From the NCBI GenBank assembly GCA_036514695.1, contig DATBWQ010000092.1, positions 1-57,211 of the forward strand: 57,211 nt of DNA. Direction: 5' to 3'. Shown in pieces: positions 41,576-52,145 of the stretch. The notes under the pieces were generated by a model. The model was not told the DNA's origin, did not search any database, and saw nothing but the letters and a program-made list of their open reading frames with translations. Positions within the stretch are counted from its first letter, which is position 1, and every line of letters begins with the position of its first letter. Position numbers and translations under genes: made by a program. Origin of the DNA: Gallionella sp. (GTDB lineage Bacteria; Pseudomonadota; Gammaproteobacteria; Burkholderiales; Gallionellaceae).

Positions 41576-41902
41576 TTACTTTGCCAGACCCAGGATGAAG
41601 GCAACCAGTTCCTTCATCTCGGCTTGCTTGGTGCCGGCAGCGTCGCTTGGTGGCATAGGCATCGTGCCCCACGCACCGCTACCACCCTTGGACACCTTGA
41701 CCAACAGCTTTTCCGCTGCAGTCGCGTCGCCCTTGTACTTGTTGGCCACATCCTGCCAAGCCGGACCGACCACCTTCTTGTCAATAGCATGACAAGCGGT
41801 GCAGTTCATCTTCTTTGCCAGTTCTGGCATATCTGCCGCCATTGCGCTACCTGCGACCATCAAACCTGCTGCTGCAATCATGTTAACAATGATAGATTTC
41901 AT
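41576..41902 (-). CDS. Monoheme cytochrome c551/c552 (paralogue)
   Basis: CTACH, VGPAW and WGTMPMPP. Confidence 0.95.
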   Translation of the reverse strand: MKSIIVNMIAAAGLMVAGSAMAADMPELAKKMNCTACHAIDKKVVGPAWQDVANKYKGDATAAEKLLVKVSKGGSGAWGTMPMPPSDAAGTKQAEMKELVAFILGLAK

Positions 41903-42051
41903 TACTTTTCTCCGATTTATGATAAATACATCCTGAACCATGCGAAGGTTTTGCCTTCGCCGGCGATTCTAAACAACTCCGCCAGCTTTGCCAATCGTCT
42001 TCTCCAGGCGAAAGGCCGGTAGCAACTATCCACACTCTTATTGGTATCCGC

Positions 42052-42200
42052 TTATTTCAAGGACAACACGAATTTAACCAATGACTTGATGCCAACCTCG
42101 CTGACGCGAGGTGAGTTGGCCGGAATTTGAGATGTTCCCCACGCATAACTTCCGAACTTCTGCACCTTGGCGATCAGCCTGGCTGCGTCAGTTACCGCGG
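42052..42200 (-). pseudogene. C-terminal remnant of a third cytochrome c551/c552
   Basis: DAARLIAKVQKFGSYAWG...VKFVLSLK resembles the paralogue C-termini; no CxxCH or start. Confidence 0.65.
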
Positions 42201-42203
42201 CCG

Positions 42204-43115
42204 CTATACCGGTTCGGCCCGATATTCGACTATCAGCGTGTGTTTGGTTCCCGCTGCGACTTTCACCGCGTTTTCGATCGCATTCGCCGATTCCACGCAC
42301 AGCATTTCGCGCCAGCCGTCCGGCTGCCCCATATCGCCCATTTTGTTGGCTTTTTCAGTCCACGGCGTCCACACCACGGTGGAAAGACTGCCGGACTTGG
42401 CGACATGGATACGGCGCTTCAGCCTGTCGTCTTCGATCACGCATTCTGCGGCGGTGTTGATGTACACGCGGTCGGTTTCGCCCGAAAATGTGATCGCGCC
42501 CTCTTGTTTTCTGAGCGTGGAGCCGCCAACCTTGTCCCAATAATCGCAACCGTCCAATCCGGTCACGCGCACTGCGCCGATGTCGCCGATCTGTAAATAA
42601 GTATGCAGGGCTTCGCCAATCACGAAATCAGTCGTGCCGGTATTCTCTGTGATCAACTCCATGCGCAATGTCTCGCCGGCGATCACGGTCAGATCGAGCT
42701 TTGAGGCATGTGGCCACTGCGAACGCGTCTTCTCGCTTTCCACCAGCCGCAGCGTCAGGCGCGTCGCGCCGTCCAGCTCACTGCCGGACTCGACCACCTG
42801 CCAAGGAACGGTACGCGCGTAACCGTGTCCCGGGAAACCAGCCTCGGAAGGGTGTGCGCCGAACCACGGCCAGCACACCGGAACTCCGCCGCGTATGGAT
42901 TTGCCCGCAGCCAGTTTGGCATCGCGCGACAGCCATACCACCGGAACGGCCTGATTCTTTGGCCGCCAGCTCATCAGGTGCGCGCCCTGCAAACACAGCG
43001 ATGCGGCTGCTTGCGCGTTGTTGATCTCAGCAACGATCAGGCCGCTGGCATCCTCGCGGAAGCTCAGTCGTCCAATGATACCGAATTGCTTGTTCAGTTG
43101 CTGCGCTGTGGTCAT
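42204..43115 (-). CDS. D-hexose-6-phosphate mutarotase (aldose 1-epimerase family)
   Basis: IRGGVPVCWPWFG, HGYAR, ALHTY and LCVES motifs. Confidence 0.93.
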   Translation of the reverse strand: MTTAQQLNKQFGIIGRLSFREDASGLIVAEINNAQAAASLCLQGAHLMSWRPKNQAVPVVWLSRDAKLAAGKSIRGGVPVCWPWFGAHPSEAGFPGHGYARTVPWQVVESGSELDGATRLTLRLVESEKTRSQWPHASKLDLTVIAGETLRMELITENTGTTDFVIGEALHTYLQIGDIGAVRVTGLDGCDYWDKVGGSTLRKQEGAITFSGETDRVYINTAAECVIEDDRLKRRIHVAKSGSLSTVVWTPWTEKANKMGDMGQPDGWREMLCVESANAIENAVKVAAGTKHTLIVEYRAEPV

Positions 43116-43214
43116 GTTTTCCTCTTTCTATTTGTGAACCTAAAAACGGCGATTCAGCCACGGAATAAACTACCCTGCGCCAAGAGCGCGGAGTATCGAA
43201 AAACTTGAGCGGGC

Positions 43215-43324
43215 GTAGCCCGGATGGAATGCAATGGAATCCGGAGGAACCCTTCGACAGGCTCAGGACAGGCTTCGGCCACGCCCACCAAACCCCGGAT
43301 TTCGTTGCGCTACATCCGGGCTAC
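43215..43324. repeat. REPIN with a nested CCCTTCGACAGGCTCAGGACAGG repeat
   Basis: GTAGCCCGGATG...CATCCGGGCTAC; the nested unit also occurs at ~6085-6108 and ~54807-54830. Confidence 0.8.
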
Positions 43325-43617
43325 ATCACTTCCATTTTTTCATTTTAGCCTGCGCTGTCCCCGCAGCAAGACTGCGGGGAATTACAAGTTAACACGGATG
43401 CCCACGGATAATCAGCGGGTTGTACCGGGAAGGCAATTTACCTTGCGGGTAGTTGCGATTATTTTTCAGCCATTCGGGTGCCCGGCCAGAAGTTTTTCGG
43501 ATGCTTTGTCAGTGTTAATCCGTGTTAACCGGTGGCTAACTGCTTTTCCCAGGTTTATGAAACATCAGGGCTAGTGATGCCCGTATAATCGGCGTACCGA
43601 TTTTACCCGATTCGCCC

Positions 43618-44400
43618 ATGTTAATTCATCCGCAATTCGATCCTGTAGCCCTGCACCTCGGCCCGCTTGCCATTCATTGGTATGGACTGATGTACCTCGC
43701 CGGTTTCATCACTTTTCTATGGCTGGGGCGCAAACGCATCACCATGCTGAACGATCCACAGTTCAGTGCCAAACTGCTCGACGACCTGCTGTTCTATGGC
43801 GTGCTCGGGGTGATACTCGGCGGACGGCTGGGTTATGTGCTGTTTTACAAAGCGCCTTATTACTCCGCTCATCCGCTGGAAATCTTTGCAGTCTGGCAAG
43901 GCGGAATGTCATTTCACGGCGGATTCCTCGGCGTGCTGGTCGCGATGGCCTGGCTGGCACACAAACAGAATTTGCGCTGGCTGCAGATCACCGATTTCAT
44001 TGCCCCGCTGGTACCGCCCGGCCTGGCGTTCGGGCGTCTCGGCAATTTCATCAACGGCGAATTATGGGGTCGCCCCGCCGATGTTCCGTGGGCGATGGTC
44101 TTCCCAGGGGTGGATGGCCTGCCGCGCCATCCTTCACAGCTGTATGAATTCGCGCTGGAAGGTTTGCTGCTGTTTGCGCTGCTCTGGCTGTATGCGCGCA
44201 AGCCGCGTCAGGCCGGCATGGTATCCGGCCTCTTCCTCGCCGGTTACGGCAGTTTCCGTTTTCTGGTCGAATTCACGCGCGAGCCGGACGATTTTCTCGG
44301 TCTGCTGTCTTTGGGCATGAGCATGGGCCAATGGCTGAGTCTGCCGATGGTGATTGCCGGTGTGCTGCTGATGGTATTGAGCGGCCGACGCGCCGCTTGA
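43618..44400 (+). CDS. lgt: Prolipoprotein diacylglyceryl transferase
   Basis: [27 protein letters not shown] and RHPSQLYE motifs. Confidence 0.97.
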   Translation: MLIHPQFDPVALHLGPLAIHWYGLMYLAGFITFLWLGRKRITMLNDPQFSAKLLDDLLFYGVLGVILGGRLGYVLFYKAPYYSAHPLEIFAVWQGGMSFHGGFLGVLVAMAWLAHKQNLRWLQITDFIAPLVPPGLAFGRLGNFINGELWGRPADVPWAMVFPGVDGLPRHPSQLYEFALEGLLLFALLWLYARKPRQAGMVSGLFLAGYGSFRFLVEFTREPDDFLGLLSLGMSMGQWLSLPMVIAGVLLMVLSGRRAA

Positions 44401-44455
44401 CACTCGCCGGCCGCTCGCACACTATTCTTGACATCAAAATAACCGAAACGCCACT

Positions 44456-45736
44456 TTGGACGACATCTCTTTAGGCACGCTGTTTGGCATCTTGCTGCTG
44501 CTGCTGCTGTGCAGTGCGTTCTTCTCAGGCTCCGAAACCAGCATGATGGCGATCAATCGCTATCGCCTGAACACGCTGGTTCGCAAGGGGAACCGCAGCG
44601 CAAAACTGGTCAACAAGCTGCTCGGCAAAGTGGACAAGCTGCTCGGTTCCATCCTGATGGGCAACACACTGGTCAACGTCGCTGCGGCAGCGGTGACCAA
44701 CATCATCATCCTGCGACTGTTCGGCCAGGACGATCTGGCGATCTTGCTGGGCACGCTGGCCATCACTTTCGCCTTGCTGGTATTCAGCGAAATCATGCCC
44801 AAGATCATCGCGGCCAGTTATCCGGAGCGCATCGCACTGCCAGCCAGCTATCTGCTCACGCCGCTGATCACTTTGTTTCATCCGGTGGTCTCGGTGGCCA
44901 CTGCTTTTGTAAAAGGCTTTCTGTGGCTGCTGCGCATCAAGATCCAGACCGATCAAAGCAAACAAAAGGTGACGCTGGAAGAATTGCGCGGGCTGGTGCT
45001 GGATGCCGAGCATTTTCTGCCGCGCAAGCACCAGAAGATGCTGCTGAACCTGGTCGACCTGGAACGCATCACCGTGAACGACGTGATGGTTCCGCGCAAC
45101 CAGATCGAAGCCCTGGATATCAACGCGGACGCAAACGAATTGCGCCAGCAGATCATCACTTGCCACCACACGCTGCTGCCGGTATACGCCGACACGCCCA
45201 GCAACGTCATCGGCATCCTGCACCTCAAGCGCGTCCCGTCTCTGTTGCTGGAGACGACGCTGGATCTTGCCCAACTGCGCGCAATACTCCATGAACCCTA
45301 TTTCATTCCTTCAGACACGCCGCTGCTCAAGCAACTGCAGCAGTTTCAGGAACGCCATACTCGACTGGGACTGGTGGTGGATGAATACGGCGAGCTGCTC
45401 GGTTTGGTGACGCTGGAAAACATCCTTGAAGAAATCGTCGGTGAATTCACGACACAATCCCCGTCACAAACCGGAAAGTTCCTGCGCCATGAGGACGGAA
45501 GTTTTCTGCTGGAAGGCAGCAGCAGTTTGCGCGAACTGAATCGCAAGCTGGGCTTGCACTTTCCGCTGGATGGCGCAAAGACACTGAATGGTCTGATACT
45601 CGAACACCTCGAAGACATTCCTGAAACCGGCACCAGTCTGAAGATCGCCGGCTATCCGATAGAGATCATTCAGACCCAGGATCGCATCGTGAAGGTTGCG
45701 CGCATTTTTCCATCTCAGCCGGGCGTCAAGATGTAG
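44456..45736 (+). CDS. HlyC/CorC family (CNNM/DUF21-CBS-CorC) transporter
   Basis: SAFFSGSET, VMVPR, VVDEYG and KTLNGLI motifs. Confidence 0.93.
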   Translation: MDDISLGTLFGILLLLLLCSAFFSGSETSMMAINRYRLNTLVRKGNRSAKLVNKLLGKVDKLLGSILMGNTLVNVAAAAVTNIIILRLFGQDDLAILLGTLAITFALLVFSEIMPKIIAASYPERIALPASYLLTPLITLFHPVVSVATAFVKGFLWLLRIKIQTDQSKQKVTLEELRGLVLDAEHFLPRKHQKMLLNLVDLERITVNDVMVPRNQIEALDINADANELRQQIITCHHTLLPVYADTPSNVIGILHLKRVPSLLLETTLDLAQLRAILHEPYFIPSDTPLLKQLQQFQERHTRLGLVVDEYGELLGLVTLENILEEIVGEFTTQSPSQTGKFLRHEDGSFLLEGSSSLRELNRKLGLHFPLDGAKTLNGLILEHLEDIPETGTSLKIAGYPIEIIQTQDRIVKVARIFPSQPGVKM

Positions 45737-45760
45737 GGGCACGGCGCGCCGTGCCCCTAC
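45733..45760. repeat. Palindromic GTAG REP overlapping the stop codon
   Basis: Identical to 36309-36336. Confidence 0.9.
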
Positions 45761-45830
45761 TGCTTTACAACAAGCATAAAGCTCGGCATCATGCCCGCCA
45801 ACATCTAGTGAGTGACCCAAGGGAGACGCT

Positions 45831-47054
45831 ATGGCTGTCGCACCAAAAACTCAAAAACCGAAAGAAAAAGAATATTCATATCTCTGGGAAGGGAAGGACA
45901 AAACCGGCAAACAGGTCAAAGGCGAAATGCGCGCACCCGGCGAGGTCAGTGTGGCCGCTCATCTGCGCCGCCAGGGAATCAACATTGTAAAAATAAAACG
46001 ACTGCGCGCCACGGGTAAATCCATCACCGAGAAGGACATCACGCTGTTCACACGCCAGCTTGCCGTCATGATGAAGTCGGGGGTGCCGTTGTTGCAGGCT
46101 TTCGATATCGTAGGCAAAGGGCACAACAATCCATCCGTAGCGCGGCTGGTGCTTGACATCAAGACCGAGGTGGAGACCGGCAGCAGCTTGCAGCAGGCAT
46201 TCATGAAATATCCGCTGTACTTCGACGCCCTGTATTGCAACCTGATCGGCGCGGGTGAAGCGGCGGGTATTCTGGATGCCCTGCTGGAACGGCTGGCGAC
46301 CTATATGGAAAAAACCCAGGCCCTCAAGAGCAAGATCAAGTCGGCCCTGTTCTACCCGATTTCCATCATCGTGGTGGCATTCATCATCACCGCCGTGATC
46401 ATGATCTTCGTGATCCCTGCATTCAAGGAACTGTTTGAAGGCTTTGGCGCAAATCTGCCGGCACCGACCTTGTTCCTGATGACCATCTCCGATTTCTTCG
46501 TGACATATTGGTATCTGATCTTTGGCGGCATCGGCGGCGGTTTTTACGCATTCTTCTATGCCTGGAAGCGCAGCAAGAAAATGCAGAGTGTCATGGATAG
46601 GCTGCTGCTGAAGATACCCATTTTTGGCGAGTTGATCCGCAAGGCCACCATCGCGCGCTGGACCCGCACGCTATCCACGATGTTTGCTGCCGGCGTCCCC
46701 TTGGTCGAATCGCTTGATTCGGTTGCCGGTGCGGCGGGCAATGTGGTGTACTACGAAGCCACCAAAACCATACAGCGCGAGGTGAGCACCGGCAGCAGCC
46801 TGACCTCCTCGATGCAGAATACCGAGTTGTTCCCGAGCATGGTGCTGCAAATGGTGGCCATCGGCGAAGAAGCCGGCTCACTGGATTCCATGCTCAGCAA
46901 GGTGGCTGACTTCTTCGAGGCCGAAGTGGACGATGCGGTGGCGGCCATTTCCAGCCTGATGGAGCCGGTCATCATGGTGGTGCTCGGCACACTGATAGGC
47001 GGCATGGTGGTGGCGATGTATCTGCCGATCTTCAAGATGGGCGAAGTGATTTGA
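45831..47054 (+). CDS. pilC: Type IV pilus platform protein PilC (T2SS F family)
   Basis: FTRQLAVMMKSGVPL and AMYLPIF; pilC-pilD-coaE order. Confidence 0.94.
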   Translation: MAVAPKTQKPKEKEYSYLWEGKDKTGKQVKGEMRAPGEVSVAAHLRRQGINIVKIKRLRATGKSITEKDITLFTRQLAVMMKSGVPLLQAFDIVGKGHNNPSVARLVLDIKTEVETGSSLQQAFMKYPLYFDALYCNLIGAGEAAGILDALLERLATYMEKTQALKSKIKSALFYPISIIVVAFIITAVIMIFVIPAFKELFEGFGANLPAPTLFLMTISDFFVTYWYLIFGGIGGGFYAFFYAWKRSKKMQSVMDRLLLKIPIFGELIRKATIARWTRTLSTMFAAGVPLVESLDSVAGAAGNVVYYEATKTIQREVSTGSSLTSSMQNTELFPSMVLQMVAIGEEAGSLDSMLSKVADFFEAEVDDAVAAISSLMEPVIMVVLGTLIGGMVVAMYLPIFKMGEVI

Positions 47055-47055
47055 T

Positions 47056-47112
47056 GGATCAGAGGACAGGGATCAGGAATCAGGAATCAGGAATCAGGTG
47101 TCAGATATCAGA
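47056..47112 (+). repeat. Heptamer tandem array (GGAATCA-like)
   Basis: Seen directly in the sequence. Confidence 0.8.
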
Positions 47113-47114
47113 TT

Positions 47115-47246
47115 GCCGACATGACTGAACTGCTCCTGCTTCTCCAATCTTCCCCACTCGCGTTCACCGTCATGGGTGCCGTATTGGGCCTGATGGTCGG
47201 CAGTTTTAGTTCCGACATAACCCGCACGCGGATTAGTCTCCACTGA
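47115..47246 (+). pseudogene. Duplicated 5' fragment of pilD
   Basis: 47115-47207 repeats 47251-47343; frame stops at 47246. Confidence 0.85.
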
Positions 47247-47256
47247 AACGGCCGAC

Positions 47257-48153
47257 ATGACTGAACTGCTCCTGCTTCTCCAATCTTCTCCGCTCGCGTT
47301 CACCGTCATGGGAGCCGTATTGGGCCTGATGGTCGGCAGTTTTCTCAATGTGGTGATCCATCGTTTGCCGAAGATGATGGAGATCGGCTGGCAGCAACAA
47401 TGCGCAGAACTAAGCGGTAAAACCCCGCTTTCGCACGCGGAGGACGAACCTGCTCACATCTCACCTTACAATCTCATCGTCCCGCGCTCGGCCTGCCCGC
47501 ACTGCAATCACGTCATCAGCGCTTGGGAAAACATCCCTATCGTGAGTTATCTGCTGTTGCGCGGCAAGTGCAGGGGCTGCGGTGCGGCGATCTCGCCGCG
47601 TTATCCGATCATCGAAGCGGTCAGCGGCATGCTGTGCGCCTATGCGGCCTGGCACTTCGGGTTCGGTTGGGCTGCGGCCGGTGCACTGTTGTTTGTCTGG
47701 GCGCTGCTGGCTCTGACGGCCATCGATTTCGACACCCAACTGCTGCCGGACGACATCACCCTGCCGCTGCTCTGGGCAGGCTTGCTGTTCAACTTGTTCG
47801 GGGTCTTCACCGGTTTGCATAGCGCTGTGCTGGGCGCGGTGATCGGTTATCTCGCGCTGTGGGCCGTGTACTGGCTGTTCAAGCTCGCCACCGGCAAGGA
47901 AGGCATGGGCTACGGCGATTTCAAACTGCTCGCGGCAATGGGTGCTTGGCTGGGCTGGCAAATGCTGCCATTGATCATTCTGCTGTCTTCGCTGGTGGGC
48001 GCGGTGGCCGGCATCACGCTGATCGTGGCGCTCAAGCATGGCCGCCACATCCCCATCCCGTTTGGCCCCTACCTCGCCGGCGGGGGGCTGATCGCGCTGT
48101 TCTGGGGACAAACGCTGACACAGGGTTATCTGCAACTGCTTTCAGCCCCATGA
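47257..48153 (+). CDS. pilD: Prepilin peptidase/N-methyltransferase
   Basis: GSFLNVVIHRLP, two CxxC motifs, GMGYGDFKL and PFGPYL. Confidence 0.97.
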   Translation: MTELLLLLQSSPLAFTVMGAVLGLMVGSFLNVVIHRLPKMMEIGWQQQCAELSGKTPLSHAEDEPAHISPYNLIVPRSACPHCNHVISAWENIPIVSYLLLRGKCRGCGAAISPRYPIIEAVSGMLCAYAAWHFGFGWAAAGALLFVWALLALTAIDFDTQLLPDDITLPLLWAGLLFNLFGVFTGLHSAVLGAVIGYLALWAVYWLFKLATGKEGMGYGDFKLLAAMGAWLGWQMLPLIILLSSLVGAVAGITLIVALKHGRHIPIPFGPYLAGGGLIALFWGQTLTQGYLQLLSAP

Positions 48154-48319
48154 TCCTGAATAAAGCACTTCACCACGAAGAACACAGAGCTCACGAAGAA
48201 TTTTCATGGAGTCGCACGATATTTGACGTACACCCACAAGGTGAATTCCATTTTTGGAATAACTCGTTGTTGTTCTTCGCTGTCTTCGTGTTCTTCGTGG
48301 TTCAAATGCGGAATTCAGA

Positions 48320-48928
48320 ATGAACTTGTGTGTCGGACTCACCGGCGGGATAGGCAGCGGCAAAAGCACGGTGGCGAACCTGTTTGCGAAGCTTGGCGCG
48401 GGCATCGTCGACACGGATGCGATCGCCCACCTCCTGACACAGGCCGGAGGTGCAGCCATCCCGGCGATCCGCGCAGCCTTTGGCAACGCTTATATCAATG
48501 ATGAAGGCGCACTGGATCGCGGAAAGATGCGCAGGTTGATTTTCTCTGATGCCGACGCCAAAAAACGGCTGGAAATGATACTGCACCCCCTGATACTGGA
48601 ACAGGCAAAGATGCAATTGCTGCAAATGCATGCCAAACCCTATATCATCATCGTCGTGCCATTGCTGCCTGCAAGCCCTGCGTTTCAACAACTTGTTCAG
48701 CGCGTACTGGTGGTAGATTGCACTGAAGACACCCAGGTTGCCCGCGTTATCGCACGCAACCAAATGAGCGAACCGGAAGTACGCGCCGTCATCGCACAGC
48801 AAACTCCGCGTGCTGAACGGCTGAAACTGGCGGACGATGTGATATGCAACGATGCCGGCATGGATAGCCTGGCTGCGCAGGTCGCCAATCTGCACGAACG
48901 CTACTTGAATAGCTTGAATAGCAATTGA
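48320..48928 (+). CDS. coaE: Dephospho-CoA kinase
   Basis: GLTGGIGSGKST motif. Confidence 0.96.
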   Translation: MNLCVGLTGGIGSGKSTVANLFAKLGAGIVDTDAIAHLLTQAGGAAIPAIRAAFGNAYINDEGALDRGKMRRLIFSDADAKKRLEMILHPLILEQAKMQLLQMHAKPYIIIVVPLLPASPAFQQLVQRVLVVDCTEDTQVARVIARNQMSEPEVRAVIAQQTPRAERLKLADDVICNDAGMDSLAAQVANLHERYLNSLNSN

Positions 48929-48997
48929 CGAAATGAGGTTATTCAATATATCTTTCGCAACTGATTTTTCCCAAACAACTCAGCGTACAACAGCAGT

Positions 48998-49756
48998 GTG
49001 ATCAGCTACGAGTTCCCCCTTAATGAAAAAGTGCGCACCCTGTTGCGCCTGGAGGACTTGTTTGCGCGAATGGCACACTTCACCGAACAAGGAAGCGGCA
49101 TGGATCACCACGCCGCGCTGATCACGCTGTTTGAGATCCTGGAAGTAGCCTGTCGCGCCGACTTGAAATCCGAACTGATGCAGGAGCTGGAGCGCCAAAA
49201 ACGGGCGCTTTCCGGCTTGCATAACAATCCCGCGATATTTGAAGATGCTCTGGATGCCATCCTTGCGGAGATCGATCAAGCTTCCGCGAATCTGTTTGCG
49301 ATGACCGGAAAGATCGGGCAACGTCTGCGTGAAAACGAATGGCTGATGGGTATCAAGCAGCGCGCCGTGATGCCGGGAGGCACATGTGAATTCGACCTCC
49401 CTTCCTATCACTACTGGCAGCAGCAGGATGCCAACTTGCGGCGCGAAAGCCTGCGGGCATGGCTGGCTCCGTTCATGCCCCTGCATGTCGGGTTAAAAAT
49501 CATCCTGCGTCTGTTGCGCGAAAACGGCAAGGTACTTCACCTCACCGCGCATCATGGCACTTTCCAGCAAATGCAGGGCGGACGTGTCGCGCAGATATTG
49601 CGTGTAACCCTGAGCAGGGAGCTGGCGTGCATACCCGAAGTCAGCGCCAATAAATATGCCCTCAACATCCGCTTCATCGCCGCCGACTATGCCGCGAAAT
49701 CCACGCTGTTCGAACAGGATGTACCTTTCGATCTGACCTTCTGCAGCCTTTCCTGA
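48998..49756 (+). CDS. zapD: Cell division protein ZapD
   Basis: [16 protein letters not shown] and [10 protein letters not shown] motifs. Confidence 0.93.
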   Translation: MISYEFPLNEKVRTLLRLEDLFARMAHFTEQGSGMDHHAALITLFEILEVACRADLKSELMQELERQKRALSGLHNNPAIFEDALDAILAEIDQASANLFAMTGKIGQRLRENEWLMGIKQRAVMPGGTCEFDLPSYHYWQQQDANLRRESLRAWLAPFMPLHVGLKIILRLLRENGKVLHLTAHHGTFQQMQGGRVAQILRVTLSRELACIPEVSANKYALNIRFIAADYAAKSTLFEQDVPFDLTFCSLS

Positions 49757-49758
49757 TC

Positions 49759-49956
49759 ATGCCGGCCAACCAGCCACCGATCGTGACCTGCCCGCATTGC
49801 GGCAAGGAACATCAATGGGACACCAACAACCGCTTTCGACCTTTCTGCAGCGAACGCTGCAAGCTGATCGATCTGGGCAAATGGGCCAGCGAAGACTATC
49901 GCGTGGCACAACCTGTGGAAGAACAGGAACTGCCCACGCCAAATCACCAAGCCTGA
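49759..49956 (+). CDS. yacG: DNA gyrase inhibitor YacG
   Basis: CPHC...[17 protein letters not shown]. Confidence 0.95.
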   Translation: MPANQPPIVTCPHCGKEHQWDTNNRFRPFCSERCKLIDLGKWASEDYRVAQPVEEQELPTPNHQA

Positions 49957-51005
49957 CGCAACAGTGCAATTCCGTGCGCGCCATACTGCCACGCGGTCTG
50001 CATGTCATCCTGCGTCAAACCGCCCAGCGCATACACCGGGATGGATGAACCTGCCGCGATGGCTGTGAAGTTTTCCCAGCCAAGATGCGCTGCGCCGGGG
50101 TGCGACTGCGTCGGCAACACCGGACTCAACAGTGCGAAATCACAACCCAATGTCTCGGCGCGATGCAATTCATCGGCGTTGTGACAGGAGGCTGCGCACC
50201 AATCCACGGCGGGGCGTACACTTAACTCGGCCAGCTGCGTCGCAGTCAGCTGCACCCCGTCCGCGCCGATCTCCTGCGCCAACGCCACATCGCTGTTGAG
50301 CAACACCTTCGCGTCATGCGCGTGCGCCATCGTCACAACCCGCAAAGCCAGTTCCCGCAACGCCACGCGCGAATAATCCTTCTCGCGCAATTGCACCAAC
50401 CGCAAACCCTTCCGCAGCGCGGCTTCCAGCCGCCGCATGAATTCCTGCTCGCCCAACTCTTGCACATTGCTGATCGCATACAACGCAGGCAACTCCAGCG
50501 CGCGCAAGATAGGAGCATTGGCTGGCAACATGGGAGATACTGTCACATTAAAAATGCTGTCATTCCCGCGAAAGCGGGAATCTAGCGATTTAATAAGACT
50601 GGATTCCCGCTTTCGCGGGAATGACGAAACCTGATTATCCTGCGAGACCCGAACATCCGAGGGGCGCTGCCACGCAAACTGCTGCCCCTCATGCGGATGC
50701 AACTCCCCGCTCCACGCCGTCACGCGAAAGAAATTCAGCCGCACCGTCGCATGAGGATAAGCGAATACGCGCGTCACCCACGGATAGGCGGTTGTGACTG
50801 TGATGCCCAGTTCCTCGCGCAGCTCGCGCACCAGTGCATGGTAAGGCGTCTCGCCTGGTTCGATCTTGCCGCCGGGGAATTCCCAATAACCGGCCCAGAT
50901 TTTGTCGGGGGGACGTTGGGCCAGCAGAAAAGAACCATCGGGGCGTTGCAGGACGGCGGCGGCGACTTCAACCAGCTTGGTTTTTTCAATCTGAGCGTTC
51001 AACAT
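49944..51005 (-). CDS. Nudix (MutT-like) hydrolase fused to a thiamine-phosphate-synthase-like domain
   Basis: WEFPGGK..GE...[17 protein letters not shown] and ALGG. Confidence 0.92.
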   Translation of the reverse strand: MLNAQIEKTKLVEVAAAVLQRPDGSFLLAQRPPDKIWAGYWEFPGGKIEPGETPYHALVRELREELGITVTTAYPWVTRVFAYPHATVRLNFFRVTAWSGELHPHEGQQFAWQRPSDVRVSQDNQVSSFPRKRESSLIKSLDSRFRGNDSIFNVTVSPMLPANAPILRALELPALYAISNVQELGEQEFMRRLEAALRKGLRLVQLREKDYSRVALRELALRVVTMAHAHDAKVLLNSDVALAQEIGADGVQLTATQLAELSVRPAVDWCAASCHNADELHRAETLGCDFALLSPVLPTQSHPGAAHLGWENFTAIAAGSSIPVYALGGLTQDDMQTAWQYGAHGIALLRQAW

Positions 51006-51027
51006 ACTCTTTCAAAATTTCACCACA

Positions 51028-51292
51028 AATCAAAACCGCCGGGGGTAGCCCGGCAGCTAGTCACTTTCTTTTGCTTCGCCAAAAGAAAGTAACCCAAGAA
51101 AAGGCGACCCCGGTTTGCCGCCCCTGCGGGGTACCATCGATCAGCCGCAAGCAAGCGGGGCTGCGCAACTCGACCTGGCGGGGCGCACACCCCGCGCCCC
51201 ACTGCGGGACTCGAACAGTGCTCGCCTAAAACCTCCGCTTCCTTGCGGCTGATCAAGGCGGCGCACAGGGGAAGAAAAGCGAAAACCCAAAA
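51028..51292 (+). repeat. Long repeat variant A
   Basis: Near-identical to 134-402. Confidence 0.9.
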
Positions 51293-51301
51293 CGATAATT
51301 C

Positions 51302-51331
51302 GTAGAGTGTGCAACAAGTTGCCCACTCTAC
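51302..51331. repeat. GTAG REP left of the FRG gene
   Basis: GTAGAGTGTGCAACAAGTTGCCCACTCTAC. Confidence 0.8.
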
Positions 51332-51423
51332 TAGGCTATATTCCATCAGCGTCTAGCATGATGCGTATAGTCAAAACAATTCGACTCCGGTACATTGGTG
51401 TCTTCCTTTCCCCTAATAGAGCG

Positions 51424-52104
51424 ATGGATACCTACCCAATAAAGAGCTTTGAAGATCTACATCGCATGGTAATGGTTCATGGTCATTCCCATTTCATCTT
51501 CCGCGGCGAAGACACCGCGCAATATCCGCTTCGTCCAAAGTTCGGTCGCGACAAGATGAGCGTTCTAGAGAACTTTGCAGGTTATGAGCAGAGGATTCTA
51601 GAAACGTTCAAGCGTCGGGGCTCACCCCATGTTAGCGTGCTGCCATTGAATGACTGGGAGTGGCTAGCAGTCGCACAACACTTCGGGCTGGCAACTCGGC
51701 TGCTCGATTGGACTGAGAATCCACTCGTCGCTGCCTACTTCGCCACTGCCACTAAAACGTCGACGGATCGAGTACTTTACGCCCTAAAGCGCGATTCGCT
51801 ACAGTCTGCTGATGAGAAGTCCTCACCGTTCGAGCTTCAGGCAGTGGTGCTCTATCCGCCGAAGCACATTGCAACTCGGATAATGGCACAAACCGGTCTC
51901 TTTACCGTTCACGATCAGCCAGCGGAGGTGTTCACGCACCCAGAACTCGAGCGTTGGATTATCGCAGCAGATGCAGTCATTGAACTTAATGTTGCCCTCG
52001 ACAATTACGGTTTCAACCGAGCAACGATGTTTCCGGGGCTAGATGGGTTGGCTCATCACATAAACGACTGGTGGCTAAGGGGAGTGCGAGAAGATGTCGC
52101 CTAA
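51424..52104 (+). CDS. FRG domain protein; gene-cassette-like (start could be 51358)
   Basis: FIFRG...LRP, AQHFGLATRLLDWTENPLVAAYFA and RIMAQTGLF motifs. Confidence 0.9.
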   Translation: MDTYPIKSFEDLHRMVMVHGHSHFIFRGEDTAQYPLRPKFGRDKMSVLENFAGYEQRILETFKRRGSPHVSVLPLNDWEWLAVAQHFGLATRLLDWTENPLVAAYFATATKTSTDRVLYALKRDSLQSADEKSSPFELQAVVLYPPKHIATRIMAQTGLFTVHDQPAEVFTHPELERWIIAADAVIELNVALDNYGFNRATMFPGLDGLAHHINDWWLRGVREDVA

Positions 52105-52145
52105 CCCCTCATCCACCGCACCTGCACGAAAAGCCGCGCAGCCGG
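52099..52145 (+). other. Truncated attC-like site
   Basis: GCCTAAC inverse core overlapping the stop, then ACCTGCACGAAAAGCCGCGCAG hairpin; right end replaced by a REP. Confidence 0.6.

Noticed and set aside
45760..45831. Absence of pilB upstream of pilC
   Set aside because: It may lie elsewhere in the genome; this cannot be judged from the window.
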